Assembly (NCBI GenBank): GCA_963802225.1
Contig: CAWDHZ010000014.1
Coordinates: 71,022 to 135,021 of the forward strand
Direction: 5' to 3'
Length of the DNA: 64,000 bases
Source of the DNA: an uncultured delta proteobacterium
GTDB taxonomy: Bacteria; Desulfobacterota; Syntrophia; Syntrophales; UBA2192
The first letter of the stretch is position 1. Each line of letters starts with the position of its first letter. Both the position numbers and the translations under genes were made by a program. Under the pieces are notes generated by a model that saw only the letters and a program-made list of their open reading frames with translations, was not told the DNA's origin and did no database searches. Positions 39,545-50,234 of the stretch are shown here, piece by piece.

Positions 39545-40501
39545 ATGAGCCTTGAGATCCAGATACTTTTCGCCCTGTTCCTCGATTTGCTCTTCGGGGA
39601 CCCCCGCGGCTTCCCCCATCCGGCGAGGATGGTGCAGCGCTTTGCCCTTGCCCTGGAGCCTTCAGTGAGACGGATGATCCAGTCGCCCCGGGAGGCGGGG
39701 GTGCTGGCCGCCGTCATGGTTATCGGCCTTGCGGGCCTTGCGGCCTGGGGGCTGTTGAGGCTTGCGGCCTCCATCCACCCCTGGGCGTATACGGCCCTCT
39801 CGATCTGGCTCATCTACGGGGCCCTCTCAGCGCGGGCACTGGCCGATCAGAGCGCCGAGGTATGCCGGGCCCTCGAGGTGAAAAACCTCGTCCTGGCGAG
39901 AAAGCGCGTCTCCGAGATGGTCGGGCGCGACACGGATCGCATGGACGGCGAGGAGACCGCCCGGGCGTCCATCGAGAGCGTGGCCCGCCACAGCGTCGAC
40001 GGCGTCATCGCCCCGCTCATCTGCGCCTTCCTCTTCGGCCCCCTGGGCGCCTTCCTCTACAAGGCCATCGACGCCCTCGATGAGGCTTTCGGCCGTAAAA
40101 ACGAGCATTACTATGATTTCGGCAGGTTTTCCGCCTGGCTGGGCCGGCTGGCCAACTGGATCCCTGCGCGCGTTGCGGTCTGGTTCATGGCGATCTCGGC
40201 AATGCTTTTGGGAATGAGGCCCCTTGCGGCGCTGCGCATCAGCCGCCGCGACGGGTCGGTGCAGGCAAACCCCAATGCAGGGCTCCCCGAAGCAGCCATG
40301 GCGGGGGCCCTGGGGGTGCAGCTGGGCGGCCCCGTCTTCCGGGACGGCAAGTTCGACCCCGAGCCCTTCATGGGCGACCCCGTGCACCATCTCGAGCCGG
40401 GACACATCCGGCAGGCCAATGCCCTCCTGTTCGCCATGACCATCATTGCCGCCACGGTCTTCGCCCTGCTCCGCAAGGGCCTCCTGGCGATCTATTCATA
40501 G
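39545..40501 (+). CDS. cbiB: Adenosylcobinamide-phosphate synthase CbiB/CobD-like (divergent motifs)
   Basis: LDL.FGDP...PHP, MVGRDT, DGVIAP, ANWIPAR, NPNAG.PEAAMAGALGVQLGG. Confidence 0.85.
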   Translation: MSLEIQILFALFLDLLFGDPRGFPHPARMVQRFALALEPSVRRMIQSPREAGVLAAVMVIGLAGLAAWGLLRLAASIHPWAYTALSIWLIYGALSARALADQSAEVCRALEVKNLVLARKRVSEMVGRDTDRMDGEETARASIESVARHSVDGVIAPLICAFLFGPLGAFLYKAIDALDEAFGRKNEHYYDFGRFSAWLGRLANWIPARVAVWFMAISAMLLGMRPLAALRISRRDGSVQANPNAGLPEAAMAGALGVQLGGPVFRDGKFDPEPFMGDPVHHLEPGHIRQANALLFAMTIIAATVFALLRKGLLAIYS

Positions 40502-40578
40502 GCCTGAGCGGCCCCGATTTTGCAGTAAATCATTTAAAAAACCGGGGCGGCAACGTCCCGCAAACAGGTGATGCCGAC

Positions 40579-42000
40579 ATGATCGACTGCCCACGGATTG
40601 TCATCGGAGGAACGGAGAGCGGCGCCGGAAAGACGTCGATCACCCTTGCCCTCGTTGCGGCCCTTCGCCGCCGGGGGGCGCGGGTCCAGACCTTCAAGGT
40701 GGGGCCCGACTTCCTCGACCCCTCTTACCTTGCCATCGCCTCGGGAAGGCCCTGCTACAACCTCGACGGCTGGATGATGGGACGCGATTACGTGGAAAAG
40801 CTCGTTGCGCGCACCACGGCCGATGCCGATATCGCCGTCATCGAAGGCGTCATGGGGCTCTTCGACGGGGCCGAGACCGACAGCCTCGAGGGGAGCACGG
40901 CCGAGATCGCCTCCTGGCTCAAGGCCCCTGTGATCCTCGTGGCCAACGTCCACGGCATGGCCCGAAGCCTTGCCGCCGTGGTCAAGGGCTTTGCCACCTT
41001 CGAGCGAAAGGTGAAGGTCTCCGGGGTCATCGCCAACCACTGCGGCTCCGTGCGCCACGGGATCATGCTCGCCGAGGCGCTCCAGGCCTCGCGTCTGCCG
41101 CCGATGGTGGCCGCCGTGCCCCGGGGGGCGCTCCCGGAGCTGCCGAGCCGGCACCTGGGCCTGGTCACGGCCGACTCGCGCAACCTCCCGCCCGAGACGC
41201 TCGAGGCGCTGGCCGATGCCTTCGAGCACTATTCGGCATTAAGCGAGATCGTCAACATGGCCCGCAGCGCGCCTTTTCTTTACGTGGAGGCCCCTGAGAG
41301 GAAGGGGATTGCGGAGCGGGTGCGCCTCGGCGTGGCCCACGACGCGGCCTTTCACTTCTACTACCGGGATCTGCTGGACGAATTGGAAGATTCCGGCTGC
41401 AGTATCGTCCACTTCTCACCCGTTGCAGGCGGAGGCTTGCCCGAAGGGCTTGATGCCCTCTACATTGGCGGAGGCTACCCCGAGGAAAAGGCGGCGGAGC
41501 TTTCGGCAAACGAGCCCATGCTCGCCGCCGTGAGGGAGTTTGCGAAGTCCGGGCGGCCCATTTACGCCGAGTGCGGGGGCCTCATGTACCTCTGCAGGGA
41601 TCTGGAGACGGCGGACGGGAAGCGATATCCCATGGCGGGGCTTCTCCCGGCGGGGACAATGATGCACAAAGGACTTCAGGCGCTTTCCTACGTGGATGTG
41701 ACCCTCAAGGCAGACTCCCTCTGGGGTCTTGCGGGAGAGAGTGTCCGGGGTCACGAGTTTCACCACTCGACGCTCACGGCAAATCCCGCAGGTCTCGAGG
41801 GCTGGCGATCCGTATACAGCATGAAGAAGAGCCGGGCCGATGCGCCTGTCGAGGAGGGCTTCCAGAAGGGGAACATCCTGGCCGGCTACGCCCACCTCCA
41901 CCTGCCGAGCCGCCCTGCGGCGCTGGAGCACTTTGTCCAATTCTGCGAGAAGCAAGAAAACGACAAAACGGTCTGCAGCCTCGACATCCGGGACGCCTGA
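40579..42000 (+). CDS. cbiA: Cobyrinate a,c-diamide synthase
   Basis: SGAGKT, FKVGPDFLDP, EGVMGLFDG, SRHLGL, GGGYPE, AECGG, RGHEFH, Y.HLH. Confidence 0.95.
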   Translation: MIDCPRIVIGGTESGAGKTSITLALVAALRRRGARVQTFKVGPDFLDPSYLAIASGRPCYNLDGWMMGRDYVEKLVARTTADADIAVIEGVMGLFDGAETDSLEGSTAEIASWLKAPVILVANVHGMARSLAAVVKGFATFERKVKVSGVIANHCGSVRHGIMLAEALQASRLPPMVAAVPRGALPELPSRHLGLVTADSRNLPPETLEALADAFEHYSALSEIVNMARSAPFLYVEAPERKGIAERVRLGVAHDAAFHFYYRDLLDELEDSGCSIVHFSPVAGGGLPEGLDALYIGGGYPEEKAAELSANEPMLAAVREFAKSGRPIYAECGGLMYLCRDLETADGKRYPMAGLLPAGTMMHKGLQALSYVDVTLKADSLWGLAGESVRGHEFHHSTLTANPAGLEGWRSVYSMKKSRADAPVEEGFQKGNILAGYAHLHLPSRPAALEHFVQFCEKQENDKTVCSLDIRDA

Positions 42001-42047
42001 GGCTCTGAGGCATCCTGATCAGGCTGATCAGGTCATAAATCGGCAAG

Positions 42048-42085
42048 ATAAAGAGGGCTCATCAACCGGATGGGCCCTCTTTATT
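42048..42085. terminator. Bidirectional terminator between convergent genes
   Basis: ataaagagggctcatc-aaccg-gatgggccctctttatt. Confidence 0.7.
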
Positions 42086-42125
42086 GCTGCGGGGATCGAT
42101 TGCTCATTACTTGTGCTGATGCTTG

Positions 42126-42521
42126 CTATTTCTTTCTCCCCTCTTCGACAGCCTCCTGGTCGGCCGTCTCCTCCATTTCGTGCAACCGCGTGTAATAGTC
42201 GGGGTACTCCTGGAGGTGGTCCATTGTGATCTCAAGGGCCGTATATTTGTCTGTCGTGTGCTCCTGCTCGACTTTGATTCCCATGATCAGCTGGTCGAGA
42301 TCGAAGTCCGTCACCCGATTGCCATCGGCGCGGCCGCCCTTGAGCTTCTGCTTGTAGGTCTTGATGTCGATACCGTGGGCCTTCTTGATCGCCGCCCGGT
42401 ACTCCTCGAACTTCTTCTGGTCCGCTGCGGGCGCCGCCGACGCGCCGATCGAAAAGACAAATGTGAAAGCAACGATCAGGGCCACCGACAGCATGAGCCG
42501 ACATAAAATCCGTCTGTTCAT
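42126..42521 (-). CDS. Exported protein with DUF5661-like domain
   Basis: Signal peptide then GG.AD, MGIKVEQEHT, ITMDHL.EYPDYYTRL..ME; AGGAGG RBS. Confidence 0.75.
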   Translation of the reverse strand: MNRRILCRLMLSVALIVAFTFVFSIGASAAPAADQKKFEEYRAAIKKAHGIDIKTYKQKLKGGRADGNRVTDFDLDQLIMGIKVEQEHTTDKYTALEITMDHLQEYPDYYTRLHEMEETADQEAVEEGRKK

Positions 42522-42720
42522 ATCCCGTCCTCCTTTCGCGTGATCATATGGGAAGAGTTTAACCCTCTTTGCCATTTTTTTCACCCGGAACTTTATCCGG
42601 CCACTGCCGGTAAAGGGGCCCAGGTTGCCGAGATCGGTTTTCCGGCGATCCCGGTGCGGATGTTGCAAGGAAGGAGATGCCGCCCCGGAGGGCGAGAAAA
42701 CCATCCTGCAGGACCGGGAC

Positions 42721-43347
42721 ATGCCGTTTTTCCGTCTAGCTGCCGCAACCCTGACCATCGTTCTCGTACTGTCCTGCGGGCCCAGCCCGTCGGGCCGGGA
42801 CGGCTCCCCGATCAACGTCCTGGAGCCGCCGTCGATGGAAAAGCAGGAGCCCGGGGTCGTAAAGGTTTCAAAGGACGGCTACGACATCTCCATCACGCAG
42901 AAAGCCGCCTACACGGTGCGAGGGATCGTGGTCGGCAGGGAGAATTACCACTCGGGCTGGAACTCGCTCATCTCGCCCGCCGACGTGGCCCTGTGCTGGG
43001 GAGAGCTCGCCGAGAACGGGACACACAAGCGGCTCAAGTGGTCGCAGGGCAACCGGTGGTACTTCTGGCGTGCAGGCGAGGAGTTCGGCTACAACAACGA
43101 CTTCGTCGCCGTTCACAGCTCGAACAACCACCTGATCCCCGCCACCCCGAATCTCGCGAAAGCCGTCAGGAGCCTGAAGGAAGGCGACGCCGTGGAAATG
43201 ACGGGGCACCTCGTGGATGTGACGGCCGTGAAAAAATCGGAGAATTATTTCTGGAACTCGTCGACTTCCACGGCGGACCGCGGCGACGGCTCCTGCGAGG
43301 TCATCTACATCACGCGCCTCAAGATGCATGGAAAGGTTTATCAATGA
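42721..43347 (+). CDS. Hypothetical lipoprotein
   Basis: VLSC lipobox; ISPADVAL.WG, SNNHLIPA, W.SS....D.GDGSCEVIYI. Confidence 0.7.
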   Translation: MPFFRLAAATLTIVLVLSCGPSPSGRDGSPINVLEPPSMEKQEPGVVKVSKDGYDISITQKAAYTVRGIVVGRENYHSGWNSLISPADVALCWGELAENGTHKRLKWSQGNRWYFWRAGEEFGYNNDFVAVHSSNNHLIPATPNLAKAVRSLKEGDAVEMTGHLVDVTAVKKSENYFWNSSTSTADRGDGSCEVIYITRLKMHGKVYQ

Positions 43348-43381
43348 AAATCAAAAATACCCCCGGGATAAAGAGGTGTCA

Positions 43382-44374
43382 ATGATCCGATCGATTGCTG
43401 TTCTGCTGACCCTGAGCCTATTTTTCATGCCGGCCGTCTTTGCCGCGGGCCCCCCAGAGGCCATGACGCCCGAGCACCTGGCCGGAACGTACGAGAAGCT
43501 GGTGAAGATGAAGGCCGGTGCGACCGACGAGATCCGGAGTCTGGATCGGGCAATCGAGCAGAACAACCGGACCATTGCGAAGTCCGAGGACCTCATCCGG
43601 CAGGCAAAGGCAAAGGGAAATGCCGAGGCGGAGCAGATCGGACGCCAGGCCCGGAGCAAGGCCCTGGAGGCAAAGAAGAAAAACGAAGCCGCCCGGGCCG
43701 CGGCCGAGACGAGAAGGAAACGCGCCGACGATGCAATGCAGACCGTGAACTCACTCATGGCGAAGGCTTCGCCCGACGGGACCGTGCCGAAGGTCGATTG
43801 CGCCGCCCTGATCAGGCGGTGGCAGAACGACCCCACGAGGAAGGCCTTGCAGGACTGCGAATGCTTCGATCCGGAGCGGCCGCCAATGTGCGTCCCGAAG
43901 GGGACAAAGATGCCCGAGTTGAAGGAGGAGGTATACAGCTTCTACTGGATCATCGATTTCCGCACTGCGGAAGGGCAGATGAACATCACCGATGGCTCCC
44001 ACACGGGAAAGTACAAGACTTACGATGCGGCCCTCAGGGGCTGCCAGGATGAGGCCCGGAGGGCTCTCGATCCGATCGATCAGGTCGTCAACCTGATCTG
44101 CATGCCCACCGTATGGCCGGAGTCGCCCCAGGTCAAGGCGACCGCGGCCCCCGCCGGAACTGAGACAGGGCAACCTCTGAAGCTGAGTCCACAAAGAAAG
44201 GGCCCGATCGTCGTGATCGGGCTCTACTTGTTTCCGGTTCTTTCGCCGTTGCCGGACCTGTCGAATTACCGCCTGCCTCTCCCACCGGACGGCGCGTTCC
44301 TGGACGGTCGGCGCCGGGCGTCGCCCGCCTGCGCGGGAGCGGCATCCTCGGCCAGCATCACGTTCAATTTCTGA
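43382..44374 (+). CDS. Exported coiled-coil hypothetical protein with Cys-containing C-terminal part; true 3' end probably near 44185
   Basis: GAGG RBS, signal peptide, Ala/Lys/Glu coiled coil; the ORF tail crosses a hairpin at 44195-44228 and the convergent gene. Confidence 0.65.
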   Translation: MIRSIAVLLTLSLFFMPAVFAAGPPEAMTPEHLAGTYEKLVKMKAGATDEIRSLDRAIEQNNRTIAKSEDLIRQAKAKGNAEAEQIGRQARSKALEAKKKNEAARAAAETRRKRADDAMQTVNSLMAKASPDGTVPKVDCAALIRRWQNDPTRKALQDCECFDPERPPMCVPKGTKMPELKEEVYSFYWIIDFRTAEGQMNITDGSHTGKYKTYDAALRGCQDEARRALDPIDQVVNLICMPTVWPESPQVKATAAPAGTETGQPLKLSPQRKGPIVVIGLYLFPVLSPLPDLSNYRLPLPPDGAFLDGRRRASPACAGAASSASITFNF

Positions 44375-45305
44375 ATCACCTCGTTCAGGTTCGGACCCGT
44401 GACCGTGCCCACGTGATCGCCGTTCCGGTAGAGCAGCGTCGTGGGGATGGTCGTGATCTTGAGCTTCTTCGCCAGCTCCGGGTTCTCATCCACGTTGATG
44501 TTGACGAACTTCACTTTCCCCCGGTAAGAACCCCAGCATCCGCATGGATATACCTGTTCATGGTCATGCAGTCCGTATTGTAGGCCGTGCAGAGGACGGC
44601 CGCCACGGGGATCTTCGACTGGGCCACCTCGGCCCCGAGATCTCCGCCGTCGATCTCCTGGAACAGCGCCTTGTTGCCGAAGGGCTCGGTACGCTTGAAG
44701 CTCACCTTCACCGGCTGCACCCCTCTCACCACGTCCATCGTGCAGGTCGAGCCGGGTGCGCCGTCGAGCAACTCGCTGAACTGCAGCAGCGTGAGGCCCT
44801 TCGTCGGCTTGCCGTCCACGGCGACGATCTTGTCGTTCTCCTTGAGGCCCGCCGCCGCGGCCGGCGAGGTGGGGTGAACGCTCCGGAGATAGAAACCGTC
44901 GGGAAGGGCTACCGCCGCCATGCCGATGGAGCCCGACTTGCGCGACCAGGCCCGCATCTTTTCCAGCTCCGCGATCTCCGCCTTCACCTTCGCCGCATCG
45001 GGCGCATTCGGGGCAAAGGCCAGGTAGCGGTTGTAGGCGTCGATGGCCTGCTTGGTCCTGCCGCGCGTCATGGAGAGGGTCTTGCCGAGGAAGTAGTAGA
45101 CTTCGGGAGAGTCCGGGGCGATCTTGGCCGCCGCCTCGAACTCCCCCACGGCCCTGTCGAAATCCGACGGCGTTTTCGCCTTCTCGATGGCGTCGATCCC
45201 GGCAAGCAGGTGTTTCTTCGCCGCCTCCGGGATGCCCTGCTGGGCCCAGGCCGGGGCCGCACAAAGCAAAAATGCCATCATCACAAGCAGAATCTTCGTC
45301 CCCAT
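44266..45305 (-). CDS. Exported TPR-PDZ-thioredoxin-like protein (frameshift near 44540)
   Basis: TPR (APDSPEVYYFLG), PDZ (GSIGM, SPAAAAGLKENDKIVAVDG), Trx (KFVNINVDENPELAKKLKITTIPT). Confidence 0.8.
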
Positions 45306-45363
45306 TCTCCATCTCCCTTTTCCTGTCTTGGAATGTTTTCTTTCATCGCGATGCTCCGTATCT

Positions 45364-46382
45364 TCACTGAGTCACCTTCCCGCCGGCCGATGCGCCTGCA
45401 TTTCCCTGCCCGGCGCGTGCCTTCAAGTCGTTGAGGCCCTTCAGTTCGTTTTGCGCCTTGTTGAGCTCCTCCGAGGCCTTGCGGTCTTCTTCCCGTGCCT
45501 CTTCGAGGGCTTTTTTCGCCTCGGCAAGCAAGGTGTCCGCCTCCTGCTTCTCTTTCGGATCCCTGGTGCTCTGACTCTTCTTCTCCAGGGTCACGACCTC
45601 GGCGCTTTTCTTCTCGGCTGTGGCCTTTGCTTTCTCCGTCCGCCCCTGCAGGTTGGCGATGAGGGGCGTAAGCCGCTTCTCCTCTTCGATCACGCGCACC
45701 TGGATGTCATCACCCGGCATCGGGACCCAGGTCGGGGCTGGCGGTTCGGGGACCTGGGGGACTCCCCCGCATGGCATGCCGGGACGGATTTGCCCTCCCG
45801 GGCCGCGATGGAGTAGTCGGCGTAGCTTTTCGCACTGGCCCGATCGCCCCTCTGGGCTGCCTGGCCTGCCCGGGCAGCCCAGCAGTCGCTCAGCGCCTGC
45901 CAGTTCGTGCCCCCGGAGGCGTTCAGGCGGTTGCGCAGATCGCTCGCCAGGGAGCCTTTGCCCCGGTCGAATTGCTGCTGCTGCAGCACGGCGGCCGCCT
46001 GTTCCATGGCGGCAATCTGCGCGCGCTGTTTCGCGGCATCTTCCTCCTGCTTCCGCTGCGCCTCAAGCACCGCAGGATCGGGCTGCTGAGTCTGCCCGGC
46101 AGTCGATTGCCCGCTGGGGGGCCGATAGGTCGGCGCGGGGGCGACGTATGGCTTCGGGGGGTCGAACCCGCTGCAATAGGAGTTATTCGACTCGAACCCG
46201 GGACGCGATGTCCGGTAGGATTCGCATTGGGATTTCGTGGCGAAATTACCCCTGCCGCCATAGCCGAACATCTTCGCCGCCTTGCCGGAGTAGTGGATCT
46301 GCCAGCCGGCAAGGGCATCCTGCGCCGGAATCAGCGCGAGGACGAACAGGAATATCCAGAATCGTGTGAATCTCTTCTTCAT
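45364..46382 (-). CDS. Exported hypothetical protein with Gln/Ala-rich and C-terminal coiled coil (frameshift near 45770)
   Basis: ORFs 45690..46382 and 45364..45777 join; signal peptide MKKRF..ALA. Confidence 0.65.
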
Positions 46383-46413
46383 GTCATGCCTCTTTCATTC
46401 TATTTTCCCAATC

Positions 46414-46761
46414 TCAATCCATAAACTGCAGCGCTGCCCCCGTCACTTTATTGCCGTCGTGCCTTACCTCGCAGACGTAGCGGCCGAAGACAGCGGAGCT
46501 GGTCACAAAGACGGCCCCCTCCCTGGCGGGGACCACGGCAACCCGGGTCGGGAACCGGAGTCCTTCTGCGCGGGCCTCGTCCCGGGCCTGCTCGATGGTG
46601 GCTCCCGGCGCAAGCCCCGTGCAGTACCGCTCGACGGCCTGCCGGCCCAGCACCCAGGAGATCGCCGTCCAGCCGATCCAGAGGCATGTAAGCGCCGCCA
46701 AAAGTCCGACAACAAAGCGCCGGTTTTTGGGACGCCCGCTCTTCGTCTTCTTGTCCTGCAT
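46414..46761 (-). CDS. Small membrane-anchored hypothetical protein
   Basis: GGAG RBS, single TM helix, two Cys in the periplasmic part. Confidence 0.6.
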   Translation of the reverse strand: MQDKKTKSGRPKNRRFVVGLLAALTCLWIGWTAISWVLGRQAVERYCTGLAPGATIEQARDEARAEGLRFPTRVAVVPAREGAVFVTSSAVFGRYVCEVRHDGNKVTGAALQFMD

Positions 46762-47193
46762 GCAACTCCATCCTTTCCGTCCGATGCGAAAACATCGGGC
46801 CCGGGGCCTCACCTGCCGCGATCAGCCCATCCCCGCAGGCATTGAAAATGCGGGCCATTCTTTCTTCTCTACCGGTGGCGTCAGTATTGCATTGCTTCCA
46901 CCGGCTGATGAACGGGTCGGGCTGTCGCCCCGTCGCAATCGGCAAGCCGGGAAAAGGGCATGCAATATTTCTACCGGAAGCCCATCGATCGCACGCTTTT
47001 TTATTGTGCCCGGCAGAGGGCACCCGAAGCAGCCGGGAGGGACAATTTCGGGAAGCCATCAGGGGCAACAGAGCGTAAAGTTTTTACGCCTGCCGACCGA
47101 TGATACCCGTTAGCGGCAATGGATGGATCTGCGCAGAAACTCTCCGAAGCAAGGGGGTTTTCGCGATATACTCAGGCAATGGAAGGAGAATTT

Positions 47194-47553
47194 ATGGCAG
47201 TGTCGCATCGTCGTTTCGTCGTCTGTGCTTTGGGGATCTTCATCCTTATGTTGACCCTGTCAGGCACCGCCTTTGCCCAGAGCGGGTGCAAACAGCAGTG
47301 CGTGAGAGAGACCGTCAAGTGTGTCCAGTACGACACGCAGTGTGCCCAGTACCAGAATCGATGCGCCCGATACGACACCAAGGGCCGGTGCCTGCAACAG
47401 CAGCAGGTCTGCGTGCAGAAGAAACAGGTCTGCGTGCAGCAGCAGAAGGTCTGCACCCAGTACCAGACGGTCTGTCCACCGCAGCAGGGCAAAACGGGCA
47501 ACGCATTCCAGCAGCTCCAGAAAATCGAAAAGGGACAGGGCGGATTTGACTGA
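47194..47553 (+). CDS. Exported Cys/Gln heptad-repeat protein
   Basis: GGAG RBS, signal peptide ending AFA, 10 Cys mostly at 7-residue spacing; hairpin at 47601-47638 downstream. Confidence 0.75.
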   Translation: MAVSHRRFVVCALGIFILMLTLSGTAFAQSGCKQQCVRETVKCVQYDTQCAQYQNRCARYDTKGRCLQQQQVCVQKKQVCVQQQKVCTQYQTVCPPQQGKTGNAFQQLQKIEKGQGGFD

Positions 47554-47675
47554 GAGGCGCTTATGGCGTCAACAAACGGACCTGATCCTGAAAGGTATCG
47601 CAACAAGGGCACACCCTGTGAGGGATGTGCCCTTGTTGTTTGCGGGGAATCGAATCGCACCTTCGATTCCTGTCG

Positions 47676-49180
47676 TCACAATGCTGCCCGTTGCTCCTTC
47701 ACCTCACTTGAAACCCGCAAGCCCCGGGTGATGACGACGGCGCCAGCGATGGCGGCCGTGAGGACGCCGGTGAAGGCCCCCCAGCCAAATTCCTGGTAGA
47801 TCAACCCGGGCAGCCAGGAGCCCAGCGCCGCCCCCGTGTAGTAGATGGAGATGTAGAGGCCGTTGGCAACGGCCCGGTTTTCCGTGGCGAGCTTGTTCAT
47901 CGTCCCCATGGCGACGGCATGCACGAAGAACATCCCCCCGCACATGACGAACATGATGACGAAGATCCCCGAGCCGCTGGGCACATTGATGAGGAGCATG
48001 GAGATTCCGAAGAGCACGAGCCCGATCGTCATCGCCCGCCTCTCCCCGCCGCAAAGCCCGATGATCCTCGTCGCCCCCACCGACATGACGATCCCCATCA
48101 GGAACCCCGAGTACATCATCGAGATGACGAAGGCCGTGTATGAGGGGTCGATCTCCTTGAGCCGGAAGGGCAGAAACGTGAGCAGGGCCATAAAGGCAAA
48201 GAAGATCGTGAAGGCCACGGCATAGAGCCGCGCAATGTCGCCGTTTCGAAGGATCGGCATGACGGCCGAGAGGCGGACGGACGACATGGACAGGCGCGAG
48301 TCGGCCTTCATCCTCATGACGCCAAAGATACAGCCGACCAGTGCGACGGCAATCAGGAAGAAGGTGTAGCGCCAGCCCGCATTCGTCGCGACCCAGCCCG
48401 ACAGCACGCGGCCCATGAACCCGCCGAAGATGTTGGCCGCCACGAAGTAGGTCATGGCACGCTGGATGTGCTCCCGGTCAACCGTGTAGGCAAGGTACGA
48501 GGTGATGGCGGCAAGGATCGCCGGCACGCAGGCCCCCTGGAATAGCCGTGCGGTGAGAAGCAGGCCGTAGGAATCGGCAACCCCGAAAGCGACCTGCAGC
48601 AGCGCGAGGATCCCGAGTGTGATCAGCAGCATCCGCTTGGCGGGCTGCGATTCCAGGAGAAGAATAGAACAGGCAAAAGCAGGAAGAGGCGATATAAGAA
48701 GGTGTAGCGCCAGCCCGCATTCGTCGCGACCCAGCCCGACAGCACGCGGCCCACGAACCCGCCAAAGATGTTGGCCGCCACGAAGTAGGTCATGGCACGC
48801 TGGATGTGCTCCCGGTCAACCGTGTAGGCAAGGTACGAGGTGATGGCGGCAAGGATCGCCGGCACGCAGGCCCCCTGGAAGAGCCGTGCGGTGAGAAGCA
48901 GGCCGTAGGATTCGGCAACCCCGAAAGCGACCTGCAGCAGCGCGAGGATCCCGAGTGTGATCAGCAGCATCCGCTTGGCGGGCTGCGATTCCAGGAGAAG
49001 ACCATAGAACAGGGGGGCAAAGCTCAGGGGCAGCAGCACCGCCGTCATGAGCAGGGCCCCGCCGGAGGTCGTCTGGCCGAATTCCCCGGCCAGAAGCGGC
49101 AGGATGGGCTGCGGCGCATAGATCGACGCATAGACGGCCACAGTTGTGATGAGGACAAACAGGATATCGCGCAGGAGCAT
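47676..49180 (-). CDS. MFS transporter (YnfM-like) disrupted by an internal ~306-bp duplication
   Basis: YAPQPILP, ARLFQG, GG..GR.LSG....GWR, NGLY.S.YY.G.ALGS; split over ORFs 48623..49180 and 47676..48632. Confidence 0.8.
48358..49001. repeat. Direct repeat 48358-48663 / 48696-49001
   Basis: Near-identical copies (4 substitutions seen by eye) separated by 32 nt. Confidence 0.9.
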
Positions 49181-49337
49181 CGGGAGTTTATGCCCCCGAT
49201 TCGCCCGGCATGCAACTTTTTTTTACGGCCTCCGCGCCGAGGCTGACCCGGCTTGACTTGTCGTTCAGGCTCTGTTAGCAATTAAAGATACTTACCGCCG
49301 GGCGCGGCCGGGCGGGAATCGAAAGGAGAACGAAACC

Positions 49338-49823
49338 ATGGCAGCAAAGCAGTGGCAGACACCGCCTGCAATGCAGATCGACGCGGCAAAGAACTACCGG
49401 GTGACGATCGAGACAACGAAGGGCACGATCGTCCTCGAGCTCTATCCCCAGCATGCCCCCAAGACAGTGAACAACTTCGTCTTCCTGGCAAAGGAAAGCT
49501 ATTACGACGGTGTCGTGTTCCACCGGGTAATCGACGATTTCGTCATCCAGGGGGGCGACCCCACGGGCACGGGGCGCGGCGGACCCGGTTACCAGTTCGA
49601 GGATGAATTCAAGGGAAATCCCCTGAAGCACGGCACGGGTTTCATCTCCATGGCCAATGCGGGGCCCGGCACCAATGGGAGCCAGTTCTTTGTCACCCAC
49701 TCCCCCCAGCCGCATCTGGACGGGAAGCACACGGTGTTCGGGAAGGTGGTCGAGGGGATGGACGTGGTCAACGCAATCCGGCAGGGCGACAAGATGGTGA
49801 AGCTGTCCGTAGAAGAGGTTTAG
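49338..49823 (+). CDS. ppiB: Cyclophilin-type peptidyl-prolyl isomerase
   Basis: [52 protein letters not shown]. Confidence 0.95.
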   Translation: MAAKQWQTPPAMQIDAAKNYRVTIETTKGTIVLELYPQHAPKTVNNFVFLAKESYYDGVVFHRVIDDFVIQGGDPTGTGRGGPGYQFEDEFKGNPLKHGTGFISMANAGPGTNGSQFFVTHSPQPHLDGKHTVFGKVVEGMDVVNAIRQGDKMVKLSVEEV

Positions 49824-49846
49824 TCCCGACAACAAGGGGGGGTGAC

Positions 49847-50185
49847 ATGATCGAGTTTTTCAAAAGCGCGAAGTTCAAGGGTATCGTGGCAACGATTCTG
49901 ATCTGCATCCTGGTCCCGCTGTACAGCTACTTCGTCTCCGACACGGTTGTGACGCGGATCAACGATGCGCAGATGAACATGGTCGACGGGAAATTCATGA
50001 TCGCAACCGAATACAATCCCCTGGTCAATTCCGATGCGAAGTACCGTTTCAAGTTCGACTCGGGAACCATCCAGAACGATGCCGTCCGGCTCAAAGGCAA
50101 GCAGGTCAAGATCTGGAAGTACGGCTGGCGCATCCCGATTTTATCCATGTACGAAAACGTGGTGAAGATCGAGGAAGTGAAGTAA
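49847..50185 (+). CDS. DUF1523-like membrane-anchored protein
   Basis: N-terminal TM; N.D....KFDS, YGWRIP.LSM..N. Confidence 0.65.
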   Translation: MIEFFKSAKFKGIVATILICILVPLYSYFVSDTVVTRINDAQMNMVDGKFMIATEYNPLVNSDAKYRFKFDSGTIQNDAVRLKGKQVKIWKYGWRIPILSMYENVVKIEEVK

Positions 50186-50234
50186 TCCGCCGGTCCGGCA
50201 GGAAACGGCAAAATCTATTGCGACAGGGTGATAA

